64,000 nt of DNA, from the NCBI GenBank assembly GCA_043228905.1, contig JBHGNT010000014.1, positions 20,274,001 through 20,338,000 of the forward strand, given 5' to 3'. A program made the position numbers and the translations under genes. The stretch comes from Azolla caroliniana (taxonomy: Eukaryota > Plantae > Polypodiophyta). Position 1 is the first letter of the stretch; the number at the start of each line of letters is the position of its first letter. Below, in pieces: positions 26,230 to 39,918 of the stretch. The notes below the pieces were generated by a model. It was not told where the DNA came from. It saw only the letters and a program-made list of their open reading frames with translations, and did not search any database.

Positions 26230-27880
26230 CCATGGATTCCAAATGGACTGCGAACGAAGAAATAGATCTGAGCACCAACAAAGATGATCCAATCAATGGA
26301 AGACCCCAAGAAAATACAATGGAATAAAAGGACAAGATGGGAGAACCTCAAGTAATGCTGGAAGAAAATCACAAGTTCCACTAAAGTTGAAGAGGGAAAA
26401 GTGATCTCTAAAGTCATTCGATTGCACGAGACATCAATAGTATGAGAGATGACATAGAAAGAACTTTAAAGAGAAAATGCAAAAGGAGAAACAAAAAAAC
26501 GAGTTCTATGCCTCTCTCAAGATGGAGTTATTAGAAGCCATACAAAAAGACATCAAAAGTTTTGTAAAGAAATCGAACTTAGAGCTTAAGGATGACATAT
26601 CACAGTACCTAAGGGGTGACATATCCTCAAATAAAGTCGAACTAGTATATATTAAAGCCAATTTACAAAAAGGACAAGAAGCAATGGAGAAATACATCTC
26701 CATACTTAAAGCCAATGTGAATAAGGAAATGCAAACATGGGCAAAGATGGCCAAAGATGCTAAAGCTCAAGCCGAGCATGCTCATAAGAAATTCATGCAA
26801 ACACTCCCAGATAGAGGTCATGAAAAAGTAAAAAGGAACATCAATGGATAAGATGGAAAAGTTGAACACTACATTAGAAGAAGAAACCAAAAAGAAATCC
26901 CGTGCACATGCACAAATGTTTGGTTGGCGGAAAAAGGAAGCCCACAAGAATATGCAAAGAATTTTGGAACAAAGATAGCGCATTAGATATTCCATTTGCT
27001 TCAGCATGGAGGGTGGAAAGAGCCGAGGCTAGAGCTAAAGTCTTGATCATCCAGTTCATTGATATGGAAAAGAAAAAAGCTTTCATCCAAAAGAAGGGCA
27101 CTCATGGGTGACAAAATATATTCAGATGACAATATAACTCCAGTTCATGTAGCACATCGAAAAGAAAACATGCCATGAGTGCTCACTGCAAGAAAGGAAG
27201 GCAAATGGGCTGTATATAGAGATGGGAAGATCAAGAGAGCCGCATGATTGTGTATGGCCTATGAGACCTTGCACATGACTAGATGGAATTGCAATGGCTC
27301 TCTAAGGACAAATGTAGCAATTATCAAAGAGATCTTCAAGAACACCAATATTGCTATACAGAAACACCATCAATGCATTGCTAATAGACTCCCCAATGTA
27401 CAAGGATATAGATTGGAATCAGTATGTCATTCCCACCTACAGATACTAGGAAGCGCTAGAGGCTCTGATGGAGTGGTGCTGTACAAAAAGGAGCTCCATG
27501 ATAGAGTGTATGTTGTGCATAAGAATATAGATGTATGGTATATGTGGATACGAATCAAAAGAGGGAAACTTAGGGAACTATACATTGCAATTTGTTGCTT
27601 TCCACCTGCCTAATTGAGGTTTGCGCCTCTCGGAGAATCACCATATCTACCATTATATGATGATATCATAAGATTGTTGCTATGGGCAATATAATATTGT
27701 GACTTCAATGCCCAAACCAAGGATGAACAAACAATTATGTTTGACACCAAAGGCTATGTATGGAGAAGGTATGGCATAAGAAGTCGGTCTAGAGTGACAA
27801 GCTCAAGATATGCGTGAAGTAACACAATATGGCAAACACTTTGTAACCTTTGGAAGTGTACAAGGGATGTCTATGCTAAA
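26230..27880 (+). mobile_element. Degenerate LINE 5' portion (coiled-coil ORF1-like region plus ORF2 endonuclease)
   Basis: Lys/Glu-rich ORF pieces at 26477-27111, then endonuclease motifs WNCNG, RGSDGV, YMWIRI, IAICCFPP and DFNA. Confidence 0.75.
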
Positions 27881-28966
27881 CAGGATAGTGAGTTGGCTAA
27901 GTACCAATTTACTTGGTTTACTTGCCAGACAGTTAATGTGTATAGTTGTGGAGCATATGATGACATTCTAGAATTGGATCCTTTAGCAACTACATTGACC
28001 CTCGTGAATCACAACATTTACCCTCTTGCGCTCTTAAACCTGGCTACTTTTTACGCCATTGATCCTCATGAATCATTTTCTTATCTGCTTGCACGTTATC
28101 AATATCAAGAAGGAGATTTTGGTGGGTTGAATCTATACCTACACAACATTCATAAGTTGCCTCCAAAGTACCTTCAATGCTAAGCATGAAGGAATAACCA
28201 AAAGCACAGCAAGGAGATCCATCTGGTCTCGTTAACATCATCACATTAAATTATGTCTGGAGACGCACCAATCAAAATAGGCACTCAGGTGATTCAACCA
28301 TGTCCACAATCTACTGTGAGTGGGATTGTAACAAAAATACTCTACCCAAGCGCCAACTAGGAGTCAAGAATTATGAACATTCATTGAAAACGAATTATCT
28401 TCTTGAGTTCAGCCAAGTCTAGAAATGCTTCCAAACATCATCTGAAGTCAAGTCTAGAATTATGGACATGGCTGTGATAGACCATGGTTTTTGAAGGCTG
28501 AAGCAACCAAAAGTCCACCATCTGACAACATAATGTGTGTCTACCTATATACCACAATACTAAAGGGATGCTGGAGAGGCAATAACTCAATAGTGATCGT
28601 GTGCCTTCATATGAATAATTGACTTGCTACTAGATAACCTGAGACTTGCTTCTAGAGACATTACATATCCCTGTTATGGTTATTTCCTTCTCCTTGTATC
28701 TCAATGCCCTGACTTGATTGATCTTAACTTTCTGGAGTTCAGAGTTCTTGAATTTGATGTAGTGGTCCAAGGATCATAGGTGTATCTCTTGAATGTATTT
28801 GCTATTGGCCACCATTGATTTCATGGTGTCTAGGCAAGACTCACCACAAGGAGTCCTGTCAAACTATTATGAGCACATAAACCTATGTCAAGTTACAAAA
28901 CTAGGTACATGCAGCAATGACCATAATTGTGCAACACGCAAGGGAAAGATCACTTTTTGACATTTT

Positions 28967-29503
28967 TGTTACTCATGGGTCATAATGGGGGGTGTCACCG
29001 GTTGTGGCTCTTCTCTGGCCAACAAACGATGGACTAACAAACTGCTAAATGTGTGCCCCCCCTCGTTATGAGACAAATTATAATGGTAGATAAAAGTTTA
29101 TAGCTAAAGAGGTTAGAATTAAACAAATTAGCATTTAGTACTAGAGGGTTTAGATACAAAAAGGAGTGTAAAAGACAGCTCTCCTACCTCCAAAATCTAT
29201 GTTGGCACTAAGGGTTGTCTCAAGCTAATGACTCACGATTATTCTAGAAAGGAACAATAACACTTCAAACCTTAAAACTAAGGTTTAAATAAGAAAAGAA
29301 AGGAAAGCCTACATTGATGAGCCACTCACATAAACCACTATTTGTTTCTTCTTACACATTATTAGCTTATGACCTTACACTCCAACTTTTACATACTAGT
29401 TAAAGTAATTAATATCTGGTAATCCTAAATCTTCATATTTTACAAAATGCCCTACTTAATATTTATAGTTATAGCCCTACTTAAGTGTACTATGGTCGTA
29501 ACA
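28967..29503. mobile_element. Probable old solo LTR (537 bp)
   Basis: TGTTAC...GTAACA inverted termini; flanks ATTTT/ATTTA (4/5 TSD match). Confidence 0.5.
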
Positions 29504-30414
29504 ATTTATATTGCCAAGCATGAGTCCTATTCAACCAAAATACATATCCCCTGCCGGATGGCCAATATCTTTAGTTCAATTCCCACAATAACACACACAT
29601 CCTGATGGAAATACACTCATATCAAGCAATACAAATAAGGACTTTTTGTTGGAACGCGCAAATATACACCAAAAGATTTAATAAATTACTCTGAAACACT
29701 CAATTGAAGCACAAAAACTGGTAGGTAGACCTTTGAATTAGCTAAAGCAACCATTCTTCCCTACAATGTCTGCTTGCCTCCTTCCTTCTAGGTACAATGA
29801 TAAATTTTGATCATTTAGTCAATTGTTTTCAGGTGACAGTTTGAAAGGTGGAGAGACATGTCAAATTTTTAATCACCAAAAAAGGGCAATATTCAAAGAA
29901 AAGAATGATTCAAGCGTACTATGCACAAAAGGGGCATTTACCTTGCATATCTCTGAAAGAATCAGCATTCCTACTAAGTCTTGCAGAAAAGGGGTTGTCA
30001 AAGTTATGGCCTCATTTACAAATAAGAAGGGACATTGCAGTGTATAACCCTAAAAGAGCTAGCATTCCTACCTACAACCTCAGCTTGCAATATTTCCAAT
30101 GTCTGTACCACATCCAGAGTGGAAAAAGAAAGGCATTAAATAACACATAAATGAAAGGGAAACAAAGGTGAGTGAAAACTGAAGACCAATGTATCATCCC
30201 CTGGCCTCTAAATTGGTTCATCTAGAGTGGAAGAAAGTTGATTACACAAGAACAAAATATGTCAAATAAAAGTGTGAAAATAAATCGGGGGGGGGGGGGG
30301 GGGGGGGGGGGGGATCCAAAAGCTCCATGAATTTTAAATTATTCTCCTGGGTTTTTTAATTCCCAGATGCCCTTGGTGAAACCCCCAAAGGACGGAAGCA
30401 TGGGATGAACTTAC

Positions 30415-31075
30415 CATATAATTGTTTAAAATAGCACACAGGATTGCTCAAAAAGTTCATCAAAGGGCATTTGGGAAAACAAGTGAAAGTAGGAGGTCTT
30501 CCCAACAGATAACAAAGTGTGTGAGCAAACCTGAAGAATTGAAGCTCATCACTGAAGGCGACTATAAACTTGTTTCAAGTTCCGAATACACTCATCATTT
30601 CCACCTCTCATCATCAATCTTGAAGAAGAATAAACTCTCTCACATCGGGAACAAGTTATTGCTCTTCCGCTACCACATCAGGCATCATCGAAAGAGATCT
30701 ATAGACCTGATAATAAAATGAGGAGCTTGGGAGGCCTGTTTCAAAAAGGCATTGAAAGGAGATGGGAAGGTATGTCTACCTGATCAAACTTTTGCCTTTA
30801 AGAAGAGAATTGAGCTTTAATGGAGGAGGAGGAGGAGAAGAAGAAGAAACAGATAAATGTGAGGCGAACAACAAGAAAATCTCTTCTGAGGATTGATTCT
30901 CTCACGTTTGGGTTGGGGGGGATACAAAATGAGAAGGCTACAGGTCTCCAAGGAAAGAGAGAGAGAGAAAAAGAAGTGGGGGTCCATGTGGATGTGGCCC
31001 AACAAGATCATTGGTAGCAAGAAGGTCCCGGTGGGCGAGTGGGCGGGCGGGCGGGCGGGCGGGCGGGCGGGCGGA
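30415..31075 (-). promoter_or_regulatory. Probable promoter and 5' leader exons of the nucleotidyltransferase gene
   Basis: (GGGC)n tract at ~31032-31074 and a CT-rich leader on the minus strand. Candidate intron 30779-30706 and exon 30705-30415 ending ATG|GTAAGT. Confidence 0.45.
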
Positions 31076-33089
31076 CAACTAACTAGGACACGCAATCCCG
31101 AGGCTCCTGTGACCTGTGCTCACTCCCAATGCAACGACTAGCGGCAATTTCTTCACTCTTTCTTCGTGTTGTTCTGGACTCGGATCCATGTTGATGTGTC
31201 GCAAAAGGCATCTTCTACAACAACAATCTTTCGACAACGAATAATGGCTCCTTGTCTTTTTGTCCCTGCTCATGTGTCCATAAATCGCTTTCTGAGAAAA
31301 GCAAAAGCAAACTTGGTCATGGCAACGATTTCTTGTTTAGTTCGATTTCAAGATCCAATAGCGTTTTTGTAACTCGCGAAAAGCATCTACAACAACAAAC
31401 CTATGATGAATAATGTCTTCTTGTCTCAATTTTCCGAGAAAAACAAACTTGGCTGAGCAACAACTTCTCATTTGGCTGACTAGGATTGGACACGGTTTCA
31501 ATATCCATTAGCTTTTTGTGACTCTCATATTCATTACCATGCATGTGCACTTTCTTTAGATCTTCAAGTCTTCTATCATAAATTGGCCTTTTCAATCACC
31601 GACATATATGTTACTTATCTCATGACTTGCTTTCATCAACTTTGTGTGCATGATTTCTTGTTCATAATTGCACGTATCAACCTTAGCGTCAATAATTTCC
31701 CGTCACAATATCATTTATCTAGCTTTTAATTTACTTTTTGTGCATATATATATTCTTCTTTACGTGAATGCATCTAACTTGTCTGCCCATGCAATCTTAT
31801 TCATGTTGTATACATTAAGCCCTCACAATAAACACATGCACAATGTAATAATATACAAGGTAACCTTGTCAAATAAGGTAGTATATAATATTGATGACAT
31901 GGTGATGATAGATGATTCATGATTTCTCCGCTTTCGTGTCATGATGTCGTGTGAGATTTGTTGATGATAGTTATGGCTTATTTGACCATTTTAATGACTC
32001 AAAAGACTTTTAATGGCTAAAAGGCTTGTTTGCGAATTGCCCCTTTCTAGACTTGTATAAAAAGTTTCTATGAAAGGCTCCATAATTAATTGTGCCTTAT
32101 GAGGCCTTAATTAGTATGTCAACAACCAATAAAGGGAACGTGAAAGCAAGTGGAGCTATAGAAACAATGCTCCAATTTCCTAATAAATAAAGAGGCTCTG
32201 CACACACCAAACATGAGGGAAAACAACATCTTGAGTATGGGAGACAACTCCAAGTGAAGGTTTGCTTTGTTGTCCATGGATCCATTGTGAAAGGATATCA
32301 TAGATTGAAGATGACCATAAATAATCAAACCATTTGTACCTTTCGATTTGTGCACGGTGGTGGTTTTGTACAATTGATTGTCTTTGTATCCCTCGAACCT
32401 TCAATCAACAACAGTTTATATCTGTATTTTCAAATAGACAATCCCAAATAACATGGAAATATTTTGCTATTACAACTTTTATGCTACATTCTTTGGGTCA
32501 TTTATTCATGGCAAAAGGTCAAAGTGGTATCGAGAAATTGAATGACCATATGGATGCACTTAGTTTGTAACTGTATTGTTTTGAACGAGAATGTTCAACT
32601 TTTCCATTAACAACTTATGGACTTTCCAAAGAGATTATTCGCTAAATTCCAATTCAAATGAGGATGAAAGAGATTAAAAAATCTTATGAGCTTCTCAAAA
32701 AGCTGTTCGTTAATGTCTATATGGAGTTTGACAATCAAGAACTAGACACGATACAAGAACACAACATTGACCCCTCCACAAGGAGGGGTTCAACACATCT
32801 ATTTGGATGAAAAACATCATATCGCCTACCTTCCATGGAAAGAATCATGATCATGAGAAGGATAGAATTCATACACTTCACCCATTTTGGTGTGATAGGC
32901 ATGTGTTGTACACCATGAGTTGTCATCTCCATCAAAGTAAGTGTCCATTTTGAAGGAAAAGGCTCACAAGCAACGTACGAGTCTGCATACCAAGGGTCAT
33001 ACCCAAATCTGGCATACTCTCAAATATTTGCATCAAGGCCATTATTGGCAAAGAGAATATGATACACATTGTGCGACTTCTACTGTATA

Positions 33090-33725
33090 CGTCTAACCCG
33101 GCTCTGACAAGCCTCTGTCACACCTAACTCGACTTTAACAAGCTATTCTGTAAGACCTAAACCTAACCCGGGTACATGAACCTAACCCGGTACTTAAACC
33201 TAACCCGAGTGCATGCACCTAACTTGGGTACCTGATTGAAAATTTGGAAGAGACCATTGTTTAAAAAGAGATGCTAAAAATACTCAAAAATATCAAAAAT
33301 AAAATAAAATCACATAATGTAATGTAATGAAAAACTATGAGATCAAGGCTCTTGTTCAAAGGATGGCAAGATACACTCACAATTTTTGCAGCAATTTGCA
33401 ATTTTGGAGTCTCTTGAAGTCAATGTCAAACCATCGCAATGCAAACACCGAACCTTCTCAATGTCACATATTGGCAACTGCCTCTTAGCACGATGAGCAC
33501 CTCTCTGTAGTTTGCCAGTGTGTGTTTTGATCGTGTTTGAGGAGCTACCAATAAGTTATTGTGAAATGTTGGACGTGGTGCCTCTTTTCGCACCAATTTG
33601 TTGCTTTCCGACTTATTGAACCTCCTCAGGCCATATCGGTAACGAGAGTCCGGGTTAGGTAATAAAATGGCATCATCACTGCCCGGGTTAGATGTGACAG
33701 AGGCTCGTCAGACCCGGCTTAGGTT
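33090..33725. mobile_element. MITE/foldback element upstream of the hydrolase gene
   Basis: About 40-bp imperfect inverted termini (CTAACCCGGCTCTGACAAGCCTCTGTCACACCTAAC vs GTTAGATGTGACAGAGGCTCGTCAGACCCGGCTTAG) and repeated CCTAACCCGG motifs. TSD not resolved. Confidence 0.65.
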
Positions 33726-33989
33726 TTATGCGCGTGCTTTTTATAGATAGAGATCGAACAATGCTTTTTATAGATAGGATCGCACGCGCCATTCGAAATG
33801 TGTCCTGCACCGTCCATGTCCATGTCCCCGCTCTTGTATGTACATACATATATGTGCTTACCCGCTACACACACATTCAAATTTCATTCATATGAGTGGG
33901 AATGAGTTCGAAACTCCACATCTTCATCCATCCTTATTCACTCCTTGCCACAAAGAAGAATCTTAAGAAGAAGAAGAAGAAGAAGAAGA

Positions 33990-36900
33990 ATGAACATCAT
34001 CTCAGGTATTCTGAATTTAACTCCTTGTATAGCTTTTTCTCAACCTACCTTGTCAGTTAGTCTTCCTTTAAACCTACTTCTTCTACTACTACCTGTGTAA
34101 ATATGAGTCAAATTGCGTCGCTACATCTCTACACTCACGTTGCATTCAGATCATAAGTTCATCTTGCTGAGCGTATCAAATACACTTGAAATTATTACAC
34201 ATTTTGTCAAAGGATCGCGTGTTAAAACGTTCTTCTTATTGGCTGTGATTGTTTTCTTGTTTTGGGGTCTTCATACTAACGTAGGAAATCTGGATGAATC
34301 ATATTCTTTTGGCCACGTTGGATAGAAATTAATAAGAGATTTTGATATGGAACGAGGCTACAGTTTAAGCCTTACAATATTTTAGAAAAAGATTTGGAGG
34401 ATGATTGATGATTCTATGAGAAAGAAGAAAAAGCATTGTTAGAACTACAGTGAAAATGCTCCTTGAGAGTTCGACCATTTTAATGAGGGTGATTGGAAAT
34501 TGGGCAAGAAAAAGGAGAGCCTTGTTTTGGAACATTAGATAAACAATGTTGTAAAAAGTATTTCGAAGAATTCAAGGACTTTCAAGGTGTGCTGGGCATC
34601 ATGTTACTTAAATTCATTTCCATTAGTTTATACTACTACGTCTCAAAGTCACATGCATACCAACAACAAATGTTCACACAGTATGTCCATATAATGGAAC
34701 CCATGTTGTATGGGCTCTTTTCATTAGTAACATTGCAATAAGGTATATGCTCATTTATGATCTCTTCTCCCCTTTTCTTAAAGGATAGACTTGAGTATAG
34801 AAGATCCCTTAAATATCAAATTGCACACCATGTTATACAACATCCCATTTTGGGTTTAAGCATGTTCTTACTTATTTGAAATCCCACTAAAGAAGAGACA
34901 GCAATCATTATAGCATTATAAAGTCGATGGTATGATTGTCATATCACCATCATATGGAGAACATTTTGGGCATATGCGTTAGACTTCTGTTTTTTGCTAG
35001 TTTCGTAATCTTGTTTAAATTTACAAGATGATTACAACATTTCTAGTTGTTGTATCCAGAGAAGTTTATTGTATCCAATCACATTGGAGAAAAGCTTGTG
35101 GGTATTTTGCAAGATACAGGATCAAAACAGATTGTCATTATCTGCCATGGCCTTAATTCTTCAAAGGTACCAACCTATTACATATTTGCTTATCTTTTCA
35201 TTCATGATGCTTGATATGCAATCACAATCTGCAGCATAATGCACAAATATGTTCTGTATTCCATCTTATGTCTTGAGTATCATGATCTTGTTAAGATTGA
35301 CTAAAAGATACCAAAAAGTAGCAATATTAAATTTAGTTAAAAGAAGTCCCCTATTCGTGATGTACTATTGTTTTGGCATGATAGAAAAGACATACTCATC
35401 TGTAAATGCAAAACCTGATTATATGTCTCGTAAATACACCCATACTTAGTCTTTAGACGTTTTTAATACTATTGAAGAAAATATTTCAAGGAAAAAAATA
35501 AAATACACCCATACCTAGTATGTATGGAGATATTATTGAAAGATTCAGATAAATAGGATCCCAATGCTGTTATAACTTATAATCATGGGGCTATGTTTTG
35601 AATGCTAATCCAAACCTCTTCTATGAATATTAAGTAAGAGTAGCTAATGTGGACTGATTGTTGACACCTATATTTATTGATGTTATCAATAGCATCTGTC
35701 CTTCTTTATTTAGAAGGGGGGTGGATTCCATTCTATGGAATGGATATAGAACTCATTTTCTAAAAATTTGAAGGATTGTATGGTTCTTCTTGCTTTGGTG
35801 TTTGACAGGACTGCAAGCTCATAGCAAATCTGGCATCTTCTCTCTGGCAAAGAGGATTAAGTAGCTTCAGATTTGATTTTTCAGGAAATGGGTAACATCG
35901 AAAACCTTTGAAGTGAAAATTTATAATCTCTATTGGCATTATGGATATGGCTAACTCTTCGCAAGACCAGGGAGAGTGAAGGTGACTTTCAGTTTGGCAA
36001 CTATTACAAAGAGGTTGAAGATCTTCATGCAGTTGTATTATATTGGATACTGAAACAACGTGAAGTGAAGGCAATAATTGGACATAGCAAAGGTGCTTTT
36101 TTTTTTGACATTGTTTATGTGGTTTTGTTAAAGGAACTGCATGCAAAATATAAGGCTTGTGTAGACATTCTTTTGGGGGCTTGCTTCGCTGCACTAGCAA
36201 AACCTATGGACAAACAAGATGGTGATAAACTCACTCAGACTCATGGCATTAAGAGACCTTGGCAAGCATTGTAGCAAAAAAGGTGGCATTTCTTTTTGGC
36301 AGCGTTTTAGTGCTAGGAGGTGGGAAAGTTGCACCAAAATTTTCCGCTGTTTGAGTTATGCAAGGTTTTGGCCTCTCAACAAATTCCAAGCAAGAGTGAA
36401 GACCCAAAATAAACTATCAATATCTCATTTACTCTTTAGATATATGTATGTGTGTGTATGTGGCATTTCTTTTTGGCAGTGTTTTAGTTATAGGAGGTGG
36501 GAAAGTTGCACCAAAAATTTCCGCCGTTTGAGTTATGCAAGGTTTTAGCCTCTCAACAAATTCCAAGGGCAAGAGTGAAGACCCAAAATAAACTATCAAT
36601 ATCTCATTTACTCTTTAGATATATGTATGTATGTGTGTGTGTGTATTAATGTGCTGGAAGATCAACGGATTTTAAGGCATTTAGATACACAACAGAAATT
36701 GATTGTTTGGAAGACAATGGATATATCTCACATATTCTAAATTTTGATTAGGATAACTTGAAGAAAAGTCGCCTTTGTGATTTCTGAAACATGGTTAACT
36801 CTCTAGGTGGTAGTACAGTTTTATTGTATGCATCCAAGCACAAAGAGGTGTCTACAATAGTGAATGTAAGTGGCCGTTTGGACCTGAAAGATGGGTTGAA

Positions 36901-37775
36901 AGAACGATATGGAGAAGACTTTGAAGAGAAAATTGAGGCTTCTGGATTTTTGGATGTGAAGGATCCTTCTGGAGATGGTAGCTACATTTCCTTTTGCATG
37001 TTGGAATTAGGTCTTTAGTTGATATCATGTAAATTCATGTAAAGTAGACGTTTTTTTCTTCTGTTCCATAGGGAAGAGCGAGTTTCGGATAACAAAGGAT
37101 AGCTTGAAGGAGCGTATTTCTATTGATTTGAGAAAAGCAGTGAAGATGATACCTAAAGATGTCAGGTGAAGCACATTTTATGTTAATTTATTGAGATCTG
37201 AAAGCCTTCTTTCAAGTTGTTTTATGGAACAAAAACATAAGCTGAAATGCCTTTTTATTTTATATGCAACAAATGTATTTCCTATCCATTGATAAAATTG
37301 AACACCGGTTGGCATGGAACTACCAAGGTCCTTCACTGCATTTTCCCCTCTTATTATGTAATTGTAGAATCCAGGCAGTAAAGGACCTTGGAAGATCTGC
37401 ACAGAACGTTAGTTCACCAAAATAGCACACATTTTTGAGCATGGCCTCGAGTCTCATTTCTTTGTATTTGTCTTTTTGAGATGTGTGACTAACTGAATGA
37501 ATGGCAACATATATTCTAGTGAACACCAGGAAGTCCATTTTGTTTTATTTGCCAAAATTAACTAATCATCCTTTTCACTAAAACATTTATGGTGTAGAGT
37601 GTTAACAGTTCATGGTTCTGAAGATAAGGCTGTTGCAGTGGACAATGCGTTTGGGTGTGATCAGATCATTGAAAATCACACTCTTCGGATTATTAATGGT
37701 GCGGATCATATGTACAGCCAGCATGAAAGAGACCTTCAAGAGACTATGATCAACTTCATTCAAGGGAAATCTTGA
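33990..37775 (+). CDS. Alpha/beta-hydrolase superfamily protein (256 aa)
   Basis: Exons 33990-34005, 35060-35166, 35809-35891, 35971-36092, 36807-36977, 37072-37165, 37598-37775; all GT-AG, 771 nt in frame. Motifs CHG, FRFDFSGNGESEG, GHSKGG, HGSED and GADH give an intact Ser-Asp-His triad. Confidence 0.92.
36282..36640. repeat. ~178-bp tandem duplication in hydrolase intron 4
   Basis: Two near-identical copies beginning TGGCATTTCTTTTTGGCAG at ~36283 and ~36461. Confidence 0.9.
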
Positions 37776-39630
37776 ATAACTTGCATTGATGCCTACTATG
37801 ATGCAGCAATTAGAGTGATGTTTCTCCTCCATTCTATGACATTTCCGTCATCTTTATATATAACCCCATGTTTCATCCTCTCTTTATTATTAATGTGTTC
37901 CATGCTCAATGCATTTCTCACAATGTGTCCTGTTCTTTACTTTACCACCAGGTTTTTCTGCATATCACTTGATCTTTATTTTGGTCTTTCCCTCTATATA
38001 TGTATTCCTATAGTATTAATTTAGATTCGTGTAAAGATAAGGTTAGGAACGCAATTACATCTTTATGGAAAGAATAAAAGGTATTGACGTAGTTTTGATC
38101 AATTGTGCCCAAGCCACAATCATAAGTTTCTGCTGGTAAGAAGTCATGAATAGACCATCATACTCCATGAACATCAGTTTTTTAATGCTTGACCCTACAA
38201 CCCAATCACAGTTTCATCACAATGTTGTAGAGTTATTAATAGTTTTAAGAGGGAGTGAGAATATTAGTGGCTCTCATTTGCTCAAAGATATTGCCAACAT
38301 TCTTTTCTCTGCATCATAGAAAGCTTTTTGTGCCTGACTTCAAATTTTTCTAGTACTACATCAATGACTAGTAATAGCAATGCAATGCCAAATGATTTCA
38401 TGCATTTAAAAGACTACTGCAAGTGAATATTAAGACAGGTAATTGCAAGTTGGCAAATTTAAAAGAGTAGTAGGGTTATAGTTGAACGGAATGAAACAAT
38501 AATCCATTGTTTATCAAAAAGAAATAATTTGCTTGAGGTGCCAATTATATATTGCCTCACTTCTACCATATGTTGTGTTGATTAGTAACAAATCATGAAC
38601 AAATATCAATGCTTCCAGTCAATAATAAAAGCAAACTACAATGATCAAGCAAGTACATTAACTTTAACAACGAGCAGAAGTTGAACTTTGTGCCACAAGT
38701 TGTATCAATAAGTTATTTACATATATAGTAAGAAATCACAAACGCCTATTCTTTCAATAAAATATGAAAACATACTGTGATGAGTAAGCTCATCACTTGC
38801 AATTACAACATAAACGATATTTGAATTTAAAATTTAGCTGCAAGATAATAGAGGTGGTTTGTTGCAAGTTCATTATGTACTCCGCACTTTTATAACTCCA
38901 CCAAATTCAAGGTATAGAGGTGGCTTACTGCATGTTAGCAATATTCTTATGTGGTACTCCGTATTTCACAATTATCTTTCCAAGTGAACTATAATAGCTC
39001 TTTTGAACAAAGTCATTATATGTATTTAGTTAGTAAAACGAGCCAAACAATAAATGTTCCAGTCAACATCATATTCCCAAATAAGAAATTAGTCTGCAAT
39101 CATTACAAATACAATTAACCTAGTAACATTATAGAAGTTCTTGCCATTTCCAAGCTCAAGGCCCTGCTGCTTTAGAGATAAAATCACAAAGCACATTATG
39201 CCAAGGAGTTGGAGATACCACTCAAATCTAATTATAGATGCCAGTAGGATTTTCATCTCTGATTGTTTACAGCCCACATCCATACACATATAGTGCCAAA
39301 TTTTCTGGTGCAAGTTTTTGCTAAATATTTCAATAAATATCATACAGATACTATGTCCATAATAACATTGATTGGTACATAAAAAGCCAATCAAGAATAA
39401 CTCAGTAAGCATGCAACCTTGATTTGACTAACATTCGTGACTATACAGCTGACAATTCCCATACCTATCTAAGCCAAGCCAGCATATCACCCTGAAAAAA
39501 GAACTTGGAAGGGCAGAAACCTTGAAAGGTGTAAAAGAAAGAACTAGAAAGAAACTTCTACAAAGTTTTTCTATATCCAGTAAAAGAATCGACAAAAAGA
39601 ATCTTGCATATGATACATGAAAGACTTACT

Positions 39631-39900
39631 TCATAATTCAAATTACTTTTTTGCGCATTAATTTGTGCCAATTCACATTTCTTCACAATGTCCTTGATTC
39701 TTTTCACCTGCTTCATATTCAATTCTACTGTTTCAGTAGGGTTTTTCAACAGCTTGCTTTAGCAGGTTCAGTAGAACATCAGGCACCATCACTTATCTTT
39801 GCATGTGGGATGGTGAATGAGCAGTGTGATCTCCAGAAACATTCAACTGGCATTTTCTCTGGTCCCACATTCACAACATTGTGGAGAATATGAAATCATG
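39631..39900 (-). pseudogene. Degenerate tandem copy of the last NUP88 coding exon
   Basis: Clearly similar to ~39920-40170 but with indels and a CAA>TAA change; it ends at a GTAAGT donor. Confidence 0.85.
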
Positions 39901-39918
39901 TGTATATCAACCTACTTT

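Noticed and set aside
31400-33050. Cluster of short ORFs, possibly a TE relic
   Set aside because: No recognisable domain or consistent splice pattern.
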